From contig CM126209.1 of assembly GCA_052327205.1 (NCBI GenBank), positions 82,894,001-82,958,000 of the forward strand: DNA of 64,000 nucleotides, in the 5' to 3' direction. Shown piece after piece: positions 1 to 11,244 of this stretch. This DNA is from Somniosus microcephalus (Eukaryota). Numbering within the stretch: position 1 is the stretch's first letter; each line of letters opens with the position of its first letter. The position numbers were made by a program, and so were the translations under genes. A model generated the notes under the pieces. It was given only the letters and a program-made list of their open reading frames with translations, was not told the origin of the DNA and ran no database searches.

Positions 1-5
1 CTCAG

Positions 6-210
6 TCGAAATGCGAGTCCAAAACTACGATGGCAAAACCCAAGAATAACAACAGCATCTGCAAAAATATAGCAGCTGATGAAAAATCAAAGGTTGCAGC
101 AGGCGATGAATGCAGAGCAGAGGAACAGACATTCCTCGTCACTCTTTACAAGTACATGAAAGAAAGAAATACTCCAATAGAAAGGATACCGTACCTCGGA
201 TTCAAACAAA
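6..210 (+). CDS. ARID5B: ARID5B internal coding exon (equivalent to human exon 6), start of the ARID DNA-binding domain
   Basis: Acceptor ctcag at 1-5 and donor A|GTAAGT at 211. Translates SKCESKTTMAKPKNNN...EEQTFLVTLYKYMKERNTPIERIPYLGFKQ, matching ARID5B (human VKCEARS...EQAFLVALYKYMKERKTPIERIPYLGFKQ). Ends in phase 1. Confidence 0.95.
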
Positions 211-493
211 GTAAGTGTCACCTTTCTCCTTTTATGGCATTTTAGAAGTTAAGAATTTGTGACATTTGAATTGAAGAAAATCTATTTCATTATCACTGAA
301 TGTACTGACCCAACATTGACCGGGGAAAATCAGGTGATAAATGGATCAGCTCTGCATTATAATAATTAATTTAAAGAATATTTTGAACCAGGCGCAGGCT
401 TTTATCAGCAAAGGAGGACATTGCCGTGAGTGTAATTTGATGAACTCGTAATCTGTGTTTGCATTGGATTCTAGATCTAGCTGTTTTATTCAG

Positions 494-647
494 CCCGGAA
501 TTTCCACCAAGGTTGTCCCCATCTCCAACCATAAACGGCCACTTGCATCATCTCTCCGGGGGCGGTAGGGTCTGGCGATCCAACCCCCCTTCCCCCCAAG
601 TCGAAGTTACGGTGAGAGATCGGAACAGCCCCGATGGAAATTCGGGG
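494..647. mobile_element. Short degenerate MITE-like element
   Basis: cccggaatttcca (494-506) is inverted to tggaaattcgggg (635-647). The termini resemble those of the other MITEs. Confidence 0.4.
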
Positions 648-1295
648 GACCCCGCCTCTCCATTCTTACGCCAGTTGATGTTGTAAAATGTGGTGTTTCT
701 GTTACTGATGAAATGGCTGATTGTAAGTCACTTGCAGAGAAGAGTTTAGGAGTACGAGATTCCCCCTGGCAATAAGTTTATCGAAAAAGTTCCACAAGTG
801 AGAGTACGGTATAAAGCGCTAACGGGATTGTCCTGTGTTTAGTATTTGGCCGACGATTCCTACCTCTTCAGTAAAGGAGCAAAAGCCTGGGGTAATTGCT
901 GGAGTGCGTTGCTGCACTATGAAAATTGCTGTTTAGTGCTCATTAAGACCCTGTTAAAGGCCAGTCATGGGAAGTACATGCAGAATTACACAGCTGTTCT
1001 CAAAGCGCTTCAGTTCAACAAGCATAAAAATAATCAGCCCAGCCGCCACAGCAATGCATAAGGCAGAGGCACTGTCTGTCTCGCTGTGGTCGCTGGCTGC
1101 GCCCCTTCAGTAGAGGAGGGTATAGCCTGGGAGTGCAGAGGCCATTCAGAGCCTCACCACCTGCACCAGGGATTTCACTAGGCAGTAGGTCAATGGCAAC
1201 AGTATCAGCTCCCTGGGCATTTTGGATGCCATGTGTCATCTGTTCTAAAAAGACCCCCCCACCCCCACTCAGAGGGCAAGCAACCATTCACACTG

Positions 1296-1410
1296 CGACA
1301 TGGCAATGAAGGTCACCAGTACCCTCAGCTGTTATTCTGCATGGTCCTACGAGACCCCTTCCAGGGAGGTCACGGGAGTCAGGCAGTTTTCTGTGTGCCC
1401 TTTCATCAAC
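1296..1410 (+). mobile_element. Possible decayed Harbinger (HARBI1-like) transposase fragment
   Basis: AMKVTSTLSCYSAWSYETPSREVTGVRQFSVCPFI resembles the Harbinger HTH pattern AVKVTxALxFYASGSFQxxxGDxxGISQxxVxxxI, recognised by eye only. Confidence 0.4.
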
Positions 1411-2284
1411 GGTAAGCCACTGAAGTCCAGTCGTACTTTGTGCCCGGCTATTTATACATCGGGAGTGAGTAACGGCAGACGCAATCGCTGAGGCAGGTAA
1501 AGATTTAGCACGGTGTTGGGTCCCTAAGGAACAGGGTGTAAATGACTAAACATCTTGTTATTTGCTCACTTCCCAACAACCCTGTGGCACACCTAAATAA
1601 CAAGGGCTGTTAGTCCATCACACGCACATCTTGCTTACTGTTGTGTCCTGCTATCGTACATGCTGCCCTGGTTGAGGGAGTAGCTGGTCAGCCAACCAGC
1701 TGCACGAGCCGCAGAAGGACCTGTTTTTGTGATTAATCCTTTACTCACGGCTATGTGAGTACCCAGGAGCAGGCCATTCGGCCCCTAAGATGTTGCCGGC
1801 CGGAGTGCCCGCTGGTTGCTGCTGTGCCATGGCGCACATGCCACTCTTCCAAGATGGTCTCTTCAGGAGGTCCACTGATGTGTCAGAGTACAGGAAGTTT
1901 GGCTCATCTAAAGTCACTGAACTGACCCGGAAGGCTCCCTGCGTCCTTGCTCCCAGGAGAGTTGAACTGGCCGTAACTGGGTCTTTGGGTTTTGGATCTC
2001 AAACCCTCGATAGAACCAGTGGGAGGGTTTGTGACTGGCATAACTGCGATCCCCACCACGAGAAGTCACTGGTGTTGCCGCCTTGTACAATGGAAGACTG
2101 CAGTTCAGACTGCAGGCTGTTCCTTTATAAGATCACTTGGGTGAGAGATGGCATTGCACACCCGGATGTTTGACTCCTCCCCCTACCCTGACCACCTCCT
2201 GCCGTCGTGTGCAAGGAGTTGATTTGCACTTGTTTCTGTGCTGTTCTCCAACTCAACGATGACCCACCAAGGTCTGTATCCTCA

Positions 2285-2434
<150 letters not shown>

Positions 2435-2861
2435 TCAGTGGTCCTCCAGAGCCAACCTGCACTGTTGTCCTAGCGCACGCTAATTGTGTAAAAAACATCA
2501 CTCATTCTTCCGCAGCTGTTGTATCTGTGCTGCAGCTTGGCGTGAGTATAGATGAGGATAGTTGGTTGAAGTGGCTGCTGACTCTTGCGGTTCATTTGGA
2601 GGACGCCTCTGTTCACCTTGCTGCATGAGAAGCAGCGAGCGGCTGTAAATGACTGAATAGAACATTGGGCCAGCTCCCTGTCGGACCTGCACTCCTCTTC
2701 GCTCGATTTCCCTCTACACCCAGGTGGTCCAATGCACCCAGGCCTAGGACCGGAGAGTATTTCCCCAAATGGGTGTTTTCACGCACTGTATGTACACAGT
2801 CACTCTTGTGCAGGCATTGTCATGTTGCATACTGTAATAAGGCTGGAATAACTGACATAAT

Positions 2862-3598
2862 GGCCCAGAAGTTCGGGTCGGGGGTTTCCTGCGGGTGCAA
2901 GCCCCCGACCTGCACTTACCTAGCGCGCCGGCAGTTGAGCTGTGGGCCCACGTGGAATTCCGATCCGGGGCCTGGTCCAGCTGCCAGCGCGCAGTGCTTG
3001 CGTATCCCAGGGGCGCAGTTAGTTCGATGCGTCCCCTGGGATCACGTGGGCCATGGGCAGCCAATCGGAGCAGGGAATGCTCCATTCATAAGTCTTGACA
3101 GGAAGTGCTGTCAAGACTTAAATACTACGGCCCCAAAATAGTAGTAAACCTTCACATTTTTTTTTTTTAATCACATTTTTTAAATAAACTATAAATTTCA
3201 AAAATTTAAATTATTGTTTAAAATAGTTATTTATTGAAATTTTTAAAAATATTCTAACCGGGCTAAAAATAAACTTACCTTGCTTTAAAGTATTTAAAAA
3301 TAATAAACCTGTGGAAAAAATGTTTTAATTTTAATTAATTGACCACTTACCTTGTAAAAAGCAGGCCTTACGCCTGCTTTTTACATTTCTAAATTCTAAA
3401 GACTTACCCTCACGGAAAAACCTGTTTTTAAAAAAAAAAAAAGTAAGTTCAAAGCGCACGTGCAGACTCGCACGCGTTTGACCTCTGAACCCCTGCTTTC
3501 AGAGGAACGGAAGTGCCGGTTTCCCGCGCATGCGCAGTGCATGCAGGAAACCGGCACTTCCATCGGGCCTACGGGTGAGTACCCCGAATTTCTGGGCC
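2862..3598. mobile_element. MITE with GGCCCAGAA(A/G)TTCGGG termini (Harbinger-like)
   Basis: taatGGCCCAGAAGTTCGGG (2858-2877) is inverted to CCCGAATTTCTGGGCCatta (3583-3602), 19 of 20 matching. GC-rich arms surround an AT-rich centre. Confidence 0.8.
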
Positions 3599-3842
3599 AT
3601 TACATTCCACGAGTTATCTGCTCTCCTCCAACCTCTGAATTCCTACGGCTTCCAAACTCTCTCCGCCAAAGTCCTATAATTGGAGGTCCTGCCTGTCCTA
3701 GTTTATGCCGTGAAGAATTGGAAGCTGAAATTCAAGGTTGCCATTGGCACCGGGAGGTACTCCTATTGACGCCATCTTCTGGAGTGAAACTGCCCCATGT
3801 GTAGTAGTGCAAGGGATTTTAAAAATCTTTATTACTGTATTG

Positions 3843-4140
3843 AGATGTGAATGTCGCTGGCAAGGCCGGCATTTATTGCTCGGCCCTAGTTTCCCTTGTA
3901 CTGAATCGCTTGCTTGCCCATTTCAGAGGGCAGTTAAGAGTCAACCACGTCAGTGTGGGACTGGAGTCGCACATAGGCCAGACCGTGTAAGGGTGACAGA
4001 AAGACATTAGTTGGGTTTTCCCAGATTTTTAAAACTCAGATTCTCAAACTGCCACTGTGGTATTTGAACACCAGTTCTCTATTTTATTAGTCCTGGCTTT
4101 GGGATTCCTAGTCCAGTAACATAAGCACTACACTATCACA
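3843..4140 (-). mobile_element. Second SINE-like family, minus-strand copy
   Basis: Reverse complement matches 20872-21212 (gtcgctggcaaggccggcatttattg, gagggcagttaagagtcaacc, ctggagtc.cacataggccagac). Confidence 0.7.
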
Positions 4141-4744
4141 CCCATAAATAACACCTTTCAGTACAAAGGTACCAGATTCACTTCAGAATAGAACCTGTTT
4201 CAGCTTACAGTGTAAATGGGTCGGTAACCCTAGATGGGTAATTGGCTGTGGAAATTACATTTGTGTAGGTGGATTCATTTTTAGATCACCCCGAATGCCC
4301 TCTTTAAACTGAAGTGAGGATGTAAAGTGCAATTTGTTTTATCTTTGATCTGTGGAGCCTATGAATGGTGTTACCAGAGAAGCTTGTACCATTAAAGCTT
4401 GCTGAGAGTCACCTCAGGGTACTCATCAACTGTGTGAGAGCATTCATATCGTACTCTGCTGTAGATTATACTGTAGCTCTTACATAATGGTAATCAAGTG
4501 GGTCTTAAGATCATGATAAGTACAATAAAAAACATCTATATGTAACTAACTCCTTCAGAGCTGTTTTATGTTCTCCAAAATTACACGGACATCCTTTTTC
4601 ATTTAACAGCTAGTAATACAATCTATAACGCAAGTGCTTTGTAATATGCAGGGACTGCTCAAAATGATTACCTTTAATGATTATCTGTTGATATCTGTAT
4701 TTCTGTTTTACTTGCCCCAGTGCTTGCTGCCTTTGTTAAGAACT

Positions 4745-6400
4745 CATTCTCACAGGCACCATTCCTCTTCCCTTCAGAACTGCAAATCCCCATTAAATCT
4801 GGCCTCTCATCAAAAAGCCCACACTCAACCCCTCCACCTTCTCCAACTGCTGTCTGTGTTTAACCTCCTTTTCCTCTTTAAGGTCCTTGAACAAATCTTC
4901 ACCGTCCAGCTCCTTACTCCCCTCTCTCTCTCTCAATCCCCTGGTCGAATCCCTTCAGTCTGGCTTTTGCCCCACTCGCAGTATTGAGAGCTCACGTTCA
5001 AGTCAACAACAGCACCCTTGTGACTGAGACTGCAGCACGTTATCCTTCCTTGTTCTCCTTAGCTTGCCCACGGCTTTCAGCACAGTTAGCTGCTCCATTG
5101 TCCCTGCCCCCCACCATCTCTCCACTATGGTCCACCTCCTTGGTGCTGTCCTTGCACGTTTCCACCCCATCCTGTCTCAATGTAGCCACAGCATGTTTCC
5201 CACAGTGATCTTCTGCTCTCATCCCAGAACAGTCAACATTCAGACTGCCTGAAGGTTTCGTCCTTTGCCCCTTCCCATGTTGCCCCTCTGTACAGGCATG
5301 GGGTCAGCTTCCATTTGGATACAGTGTCAGACGTGGCTCAGTGGGTAGAACTCTCACCTCTGAGTCAGAAGGTTGTGGGTTCAAGTCCCGCTCCAGACAC
5401 TGGAGCACAAAAATCTAGGCTGACACTCCAGTGCAGTGCTGAGGGAGTGCTGCACTGCCTGAGGTGCTGCCTTTTGGATGAGACGTTAAACCGAGGTCCT
5501 GTCTGTCCCCTCAGGTGGACGTAAAAGATCCAATGGCACTATTTCGAAGAAGAGCAGGGGAGTTATCCCTGGTGTCCTAGCCAGTATTTATCCCTCAACC
5601 AACATCATTTATAAAAAAAAAAAAAAACTGATTATCTGGTCATTATCACATTGTTGTTTGTGGGAGCTTGCTGTGTGCAAATTGGCTGCTGCGTTTCTTA
5701 CGTTACAACAGTGACTACACTCCAAAAAATAAAGTACTTCATTGGCTGTAAAGTGCTTTGGGACGTCTGGCGGTCATAAAAGGCGCTATATAAATGCAAG
5801 TCTTTCTTGATGACACGCAGATCTATCTCTCCACCATTACCCTCAGCTCCACTATTGCCTCTGTGTTGTCATTTATCAGTTTGTGGATGAACCAGGACTT
5901 TTTCCTGAGTGGACTGAAGCCATCGTATTTGTCCCCTATCAAAAACTCTGCCCCTGACTCCATTCCTCGCTGGCTGCTTATCCAGGCTGAACCAGACGTG
6001 ACTCAGCATCAGTATCCTATTCGAACCCGAGTTGAGCGTCAAACCCCGTACCTTTCCATTACCAAATCTGCTTACTTGTACCCCAGCAACATCACCCAAC
6101 TCCATCCTTACCTCGCACCCTCCACTACCGCCGACACCCTTAACCCGACTTTCGTTACCTCCAGACTTGGCTTCTCTAACATCCGCCTCCCTGATATCCT
6201 AAGCTCCACTCCGCACATTTCCCAACTCATCCAAAACTCCGCTGCCTGCTGTCTGTCCACCAATAGGTCCTGCTAGTCCCATTACCGCATGCCAAACCAT
6301 CCCCAACTAAATAAGATTTAAACGCCTCGTTCCTGTTTACAAATCCACCATGGCCTCGCTCTACTCAACCTCTGCAACGCCCCCCCCCCCCCCCCCACCC
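4745..6400 (+). mobile_element. Degraded L2 LINE RT region split by a SINE insertion
   Basis: DDTQIYLS, TFVTSRLGFSN and QLIQNSAA remnants on both sides of the 5326-5808 SINE. Confidence 0.65.
5326..5808 (+). mobile_element. tRNA-derived Deu-domain SINE (SacSINE1-like), full length
   Basis: A box TGGCTCAGTGG, B box GGTTCAAGTCC, central gatgagacgttaaaccgagg..aaagatcc.atggcactatttcgaag..ggtgtcct, and an L2-like tail ggcgctatataaatgcaagtctttc. Confidence 0.85.
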
Positions 6401-6670
6401 CCACCCTGCCTAATATCTCCGCCCATGCCCGAAGGTTCTCGGATTCCTCAAAATCTTGGACTAGACAGTAACGTTTATTAAATACCCCAGGAATAGCTGG
6501 TTTGTAAGTACAGCATATTGTTCCTAAAGCATTTATATCTGGTAATGTTCTTTTTATATATAGGTCAAATAGTTCACTAACACCATCTCTTCTTGAGCTG
6601 TGTAAATGAAAACAGTTGTGTTTTTTTTCTCCATAATCCTTATTTTTTACACTTATTGTCCTTCCAACAG

Positions 6671-6723
6671 TTAACCTTTGGACTATGTTTCAAGCAGCCC
6701 AAAATCTAGGAGGGTACGAAGCG
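6671..6723 (+). CDS. ARID5B: ARID5B coding exon (exon 7 equivalent, 53 nt), ARID domain
   Basis: Pyrimidine tract with ccaacag acceptor and GCG|GTAAGT donor. With the upstream phase-1 A it reads INLWTMFQAAQNLGGYEA. Not in the ORF track. Confidence 0.96.
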
Positions 6724-7397
6724 GTAAGTCCAACATTGCCTCGCTAACCATTACGCTCTTTAACTTTGCCCCTTTTCAGCCTTGCCATTCAGCGGTTTGT
6801 ATAAATAAACAGGGGCTATGACAAGTGCTTAGCATGGCTGTAACCGTTCTGTGTGTGTGTGTGTTTATAGAATTTTTTTTTGCACAGCAGCTAGAGATTA
6901 GATCCAGATTTAGAACGGAGCAGATTTATTGTAAAAAGCTATAAGTGGAAAACACATGTAACAGCTCCTCTGTCAAGGAAAGAAGTGAGCTCTGTAATTT
7001 TTTCCCATGTTGCCTCTCAAAGGGGACAATTATAAAACCAAGCCAAGACTGTAGAATGGAATTTTTACTTGGCTGAATACTTGGCATCTGTTCATTTGTA
7101 ATATGGGAAAGTATTAATGACTGCAAAGTGAGGCAGTAATGGTTGTTAAAGAATTGTAAAGGCCATTTGTCAATGGTTTCTTTGACAAGCTAATGTGGAA
7201 TATTAAAAACCATCAGTATAATGAGGAAAGAAGTCCACATCTTTACCTGTCTGGTCAGGTCAATATAAGACCAATATGATTGACTTGCAGTCTGTATATA
7301 GTATGGTTAACATTTTTTAGACAAACTGTTAAAGTACTAATGTAACAGGAAGAAAATATCTGTAAAAATACTGACTCTTTCTTAAATACATTAGTCT

Positions 7398-8160
7398 TGG
7401 CTGTCAACTGTGACTCTCGTCGCTGAGTCTGAAGATTGTAGGTTCAAGTCCCGCTCCAGAGACATAAGCACAAAATCCAGGCTGGCACTTCAGTGCCATA
7501 CTGAGGGAGTGCTGCACAGTTGGCGGTGTTGTCTTTTAGGTGAGACGTTAAACCGAGGCCTCGTCTGCCCTCTCAGGAGGACGTAAAAGAGTATAGAAGA
7601 TTAAAGGGTGGTCTAATTCAGGAGTTTAAGATGATTAAAGGATTTGATAGGGTGGATAGAGAGAAACTATTTCCTCTGGTGGGGGAGTCCAGAAGAAGGG
7701 GGCATCACCTTAAAATTTAGAGCTAGGCCATTCAGGGGTGATGTCAGGAATCACTTCTTCACACAATGGGTAGTGGAAACCTGGAACTCTCTTCCCCTAA
7801 AAAGATGTTGAGGCTGGAGGGTCAATTGAAAATCTCAAAACTGAGATTGATAGGTTTTTGTTGGGTAAGGGTTACAGAAGCAAGGCGGGTAAAGTTAAGA
7901 TACAGATCAACCATGATCTGATTGAATGGTGGAACAGGCTGGAGGGACTGAATGCCCTCCTCCTGGTCCTGTGTTCTTAAGATGAAAAACTAGTTAATTG
8001 TTTTATTTCCCGTTTATGGGGCTTTGCTGTGTACAAATTGGCTGCCATGTTTGGCTACATAACAAAAGTGAGTACACTTCAAAAGTCAATGATTGGTTGT
8101 GAAGCACTTTGGACGTCCTGAAGGTGTGATGAGATTCAATATAAATGCAAATTCTATCTT
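7398..8160 (+). mobile_element. SacSINE1-like SINE interrupted by a CR1 fragment
   Basis: Head at 7398-7590 and tail at ~8010-8160 match the 5326 copy. Confidence 0.75.
7592..7978 (+). mobile_element. CR1 LINE 3' fragment nested in a SINE
   Basis: RRLKGGLIQEFKMIKG-like coding remnant followed by the CR1 tail ...gaatggtggaacaggctggagggactgaatg... Confidence 0.8.
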
Positions 8161-8464
8161 TTTATAGTGAGCTCTCCAGATATTACACACTTCTATCTGA
8201 GTGAATTATTATTTTTTATTTATATTGCTAGGTATCTAGAAAAGATTTCTCATCTGTTGGAGTAGGATAACTAACATTTCTGATAACTGAAGGACTTGTT
8301 ATTTTTGGAGAGGCAAATTCCTTACAAATGTTCCTAGAGGGAGATTTTCCTTAAAGATCACAGGACATGACATCAGAGTGTAAATGCTAGTCTGTTTACA
8401 TCATCATTAGATTCGAGTCAGAAATTTCCATCCTGCGTTATTTTTGGACATGGTACAATAATGC

Positions 8465-8730
8465 TTTCTCTCTCTTGTGCTCCCTCGCCTTTTCCACTAT
8501 CTCTCTCTCCCCTCTTTCTATGTGTGTGTCTTTCTCTTTCACTGTCTTTCACACTCTCAACCACACTTTTTCTCATCTCGCCCCTTCTCACTCTTTTTCC
8601 GTTTCTCTCGGTCTCTCTCCTCACTGCCACTCTCACACACTCTTTCTCTCTGCCTCTCCTGCTCACTCTCCCACCCCCCCTCTCTCTCCTCTCCCTCTCT
8701 GTCTGTTTGTCTGTCTGTCTCTCTCTGCAC
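8465..8730. repeat. TC-rich low-complexity / microsatellite tract
   Basis: Degenerate (CT)n and (CTGT)n sequence. Confidence 0.85.
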
Positions 8731-10968
8731 TTCTCAAAAATGTTAATCTGATAGTGAATAGAATGTCACAATCTAAGTAGTTTTAGCTTCAGGCTCATTT
8801 ATAAATATATTTAGCAACAGTATTGTACACAAGGAAAATTATGTTTGCTTTGTGCGCAACCAGTGAAGAATTTGTAATGTGTGAATTCATACACATTAAT
8901 ATACCACCAGTTTATTAATAATCTAAAAACCTACTTCATAATTGAATTCTAAATATTATTTACAGAAAGTAGAAAACATAATTGCAGGAGAACAGATGCA
9001 AGAAGCAGCATTGTTTCGGAAAACACACTCTTTTGTATATTTTAATAATAGCAGTCCCTGTCACCTAGGTTTCCATTACAGCTTTTAGTAATGAAATTCC
9101 ATTGAAGATTGCACTCTGCAAAAGCCCATTTTCTCAACATGATACACTGTTCTCATACAGGGCTTTTATGCAAATCAGGCAGCAGTGGAGCTGGGTTTCC
9201 CCTTTGTGTGAGCCCTTTTGAATATGTAACTCAAGTGTACAGTAGTTGTGTCTTCCAAAAATGAAATGAGTACATTAACTAGCAACAGTGTGCAGTGTAA
9301 CTGCAAATCAAGGAGAGACAAACTGAAATATAAAGAGAATGTTTTGTAACAGAATCCCGACACTGTACAACACTAAGAGTGCATTGGTTTTCTGTTCAGT
9401 CATTTCAGTCGTTCTTACGTTACCGAAGCTTGCACACGATTCACGAAGCTTGCATACTCCAGGTGTACGATTGGAGCAGAGCAGCTGTGGCTCCGCACCC
9501 ACGCTAAGTGAGTGTTGTGTGAATCGGGTGTCAGTGCCCGAACTGACCCCGAAGTGAAGCACGTTGCGCCTCTCCCTCCACCAGGGAGACTTGCGCCACT
9601 TTCTTCCAGTGTCCGCTCAGGCGCTGACGCTGGAGTCAGGCTGCGAACAAAACTACTTCACACCGACACTACCGTCATTCGAGTGTAAATGGGAGCCTTT
9701 TTCACCTTCGCTGCTTGAGGGGCTAAACCGGCAAATCTCCCCTCCTACCGCAGCCTACCCCAAACCATTATAGAACCTGCCCAAATTTCATTTCTGTTGA
9801 AATCTGTGCCAATGGAAACACAGGCGCGTTCTATATCGGGCGCGTACAGTCCAAACACAAACTTTTGTTCGGCCTTGATTTGCTAATGTTTCCAGACACG
9901 CTGGTGCAGGCCGGGCGCTGCCACAGATGGTGCGCAGTGAGAGACGAGGCAGAAAGGATTCACATGCCTGTTCCGTTCATGGGAATAACGTTTTGTATCG
10001 TCAATTTTTTCACGCCAGTCGGGTGATCATATGGAGCGGAATTGTACACTTTGTGATCGCTTCAGTTTTAAACCAGCTGCAAGCAGCCCAGGCGATGCCT
10101 TCCTGGGCTCGGCCATGTCGCCGGAGGTGGGTGGTGAGCAGTGGCCCACCGCGAGAGAAGGGCTGTTGGTGGACGGGTAACCCGAACTTGCTCACGCCTG
10201 GGCCCCCCCCCCCCCCAACCCCTGGCCATTCATGCAGGGAGCAGCATCAGCACAGGCACGGAAACAAGTTGCCCTCAACACAGGGATGGTGCACGGAATA
10301 GGAGAAGTGGGAACGGAGGGGAAATTAGATTTTGGAAATCAAAGATTGAATAGAACTGGGGGAAAAAATACATTCTTCTGGAATAAACAGATTTTTTACA
10401 GGCACGTGAATCCCTGTTTCGCTCCCTTGATTCAGGGCTTTTGGGATAGTTCAGATTGCTGGATTTTAGAAAGAAAGACTTGCATTTTTATAGTGCCTTT
10501 CATGACCACCGGACGTCTCAAAGTGCTTTTCAGCCAATGAAGTACTTTTGAAGTGGAGTCACTGTTGTAATGTTTTACATGACTCCTGTCAGTGCACTCC
10601 TAGTTGGTGAGCAGGAGATGGGCTTGGAGTGGGGAGAGGAGGATCCCACTGTTTCCTGTAATATCCAGCGAGGGCATTATATAGGCTAGCACGCCTGGAA
10701 ACTGGCAAAATGCCCCCAAAGTAAGTGGGCGGTGGCATTCAAATGATAGTGGAGGTTGGAATTGAACCTCAAGAACCCCCGGATTATTCCACCCGTGTCC
10801 TACCGAGTCTGCACCTAATGCAGGATTTTAAAAACAATGTTCTGGGTAAATCGGGTGTCTGTGCGTTACATCAGGGATGATTGGTCACGCACTGGTTACG
10901 CTGTCCAGGGATAGAAGTGTAAATCCCAGGCTACCAACTAACGCCAGCTTTCACTGTGATTGTGACAG

Positions 10969-11066
10969 ATAACCGCACGTCGACAGTGGAAGCAGATTTA
11001 CGATGAATTAGGCGGCAACCCTGGCAGCACCAGTGCAGCGACGTGTACTCGCAGGCATTACGAGAG
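10969..11066 (+). CDS. ARID5B: ARID5B coding exon (exon 8 equivalent, 98 nt), ARID domain
   Basis: tgacag acceptor and GAG|GTAAGA donor. Reads ITARRQWKQIYDELGGNPGSTSAATCTRRHYE(R), the ARID5 signature. Phase 0 in, phase 2 out. Confidence 0.97.
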
Positions 11067-11244
11067 GTAAGAGGCTGATCATTGGGGTGGAAACGCACTC
11101 CCTTGCGGGCCTTGGTGTTCGGGACTCTCCACGCCGATATTTGTAGAGTCATAATGGATTTCAGAAATACTCCAGCATGAAATTCGAAAAGATTTCTATT
11201 TTGTTACCTTCATGGTGGGATTGCTTCAATCGTGAAACCACTGA

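Noticed and set aside
30-245. ORF 30-245 as a standalone 71-aa protein, and ORF 41034 as a separate gene start
   Set aside because: Both are ARID5B exons read into or from intron sequence. The splice phases join them into one frame.
5326-5410. tRNA gene (A and B boxes present)
   Set aside because: It is the tRNA-derived head of a multi-copy SINE and continues into SINE body and tail.
8418-8780. Hydrophobic Leu/Ser-rich ORFs
   Set aside because: They are translations of a TC-rich low-complexity tract.
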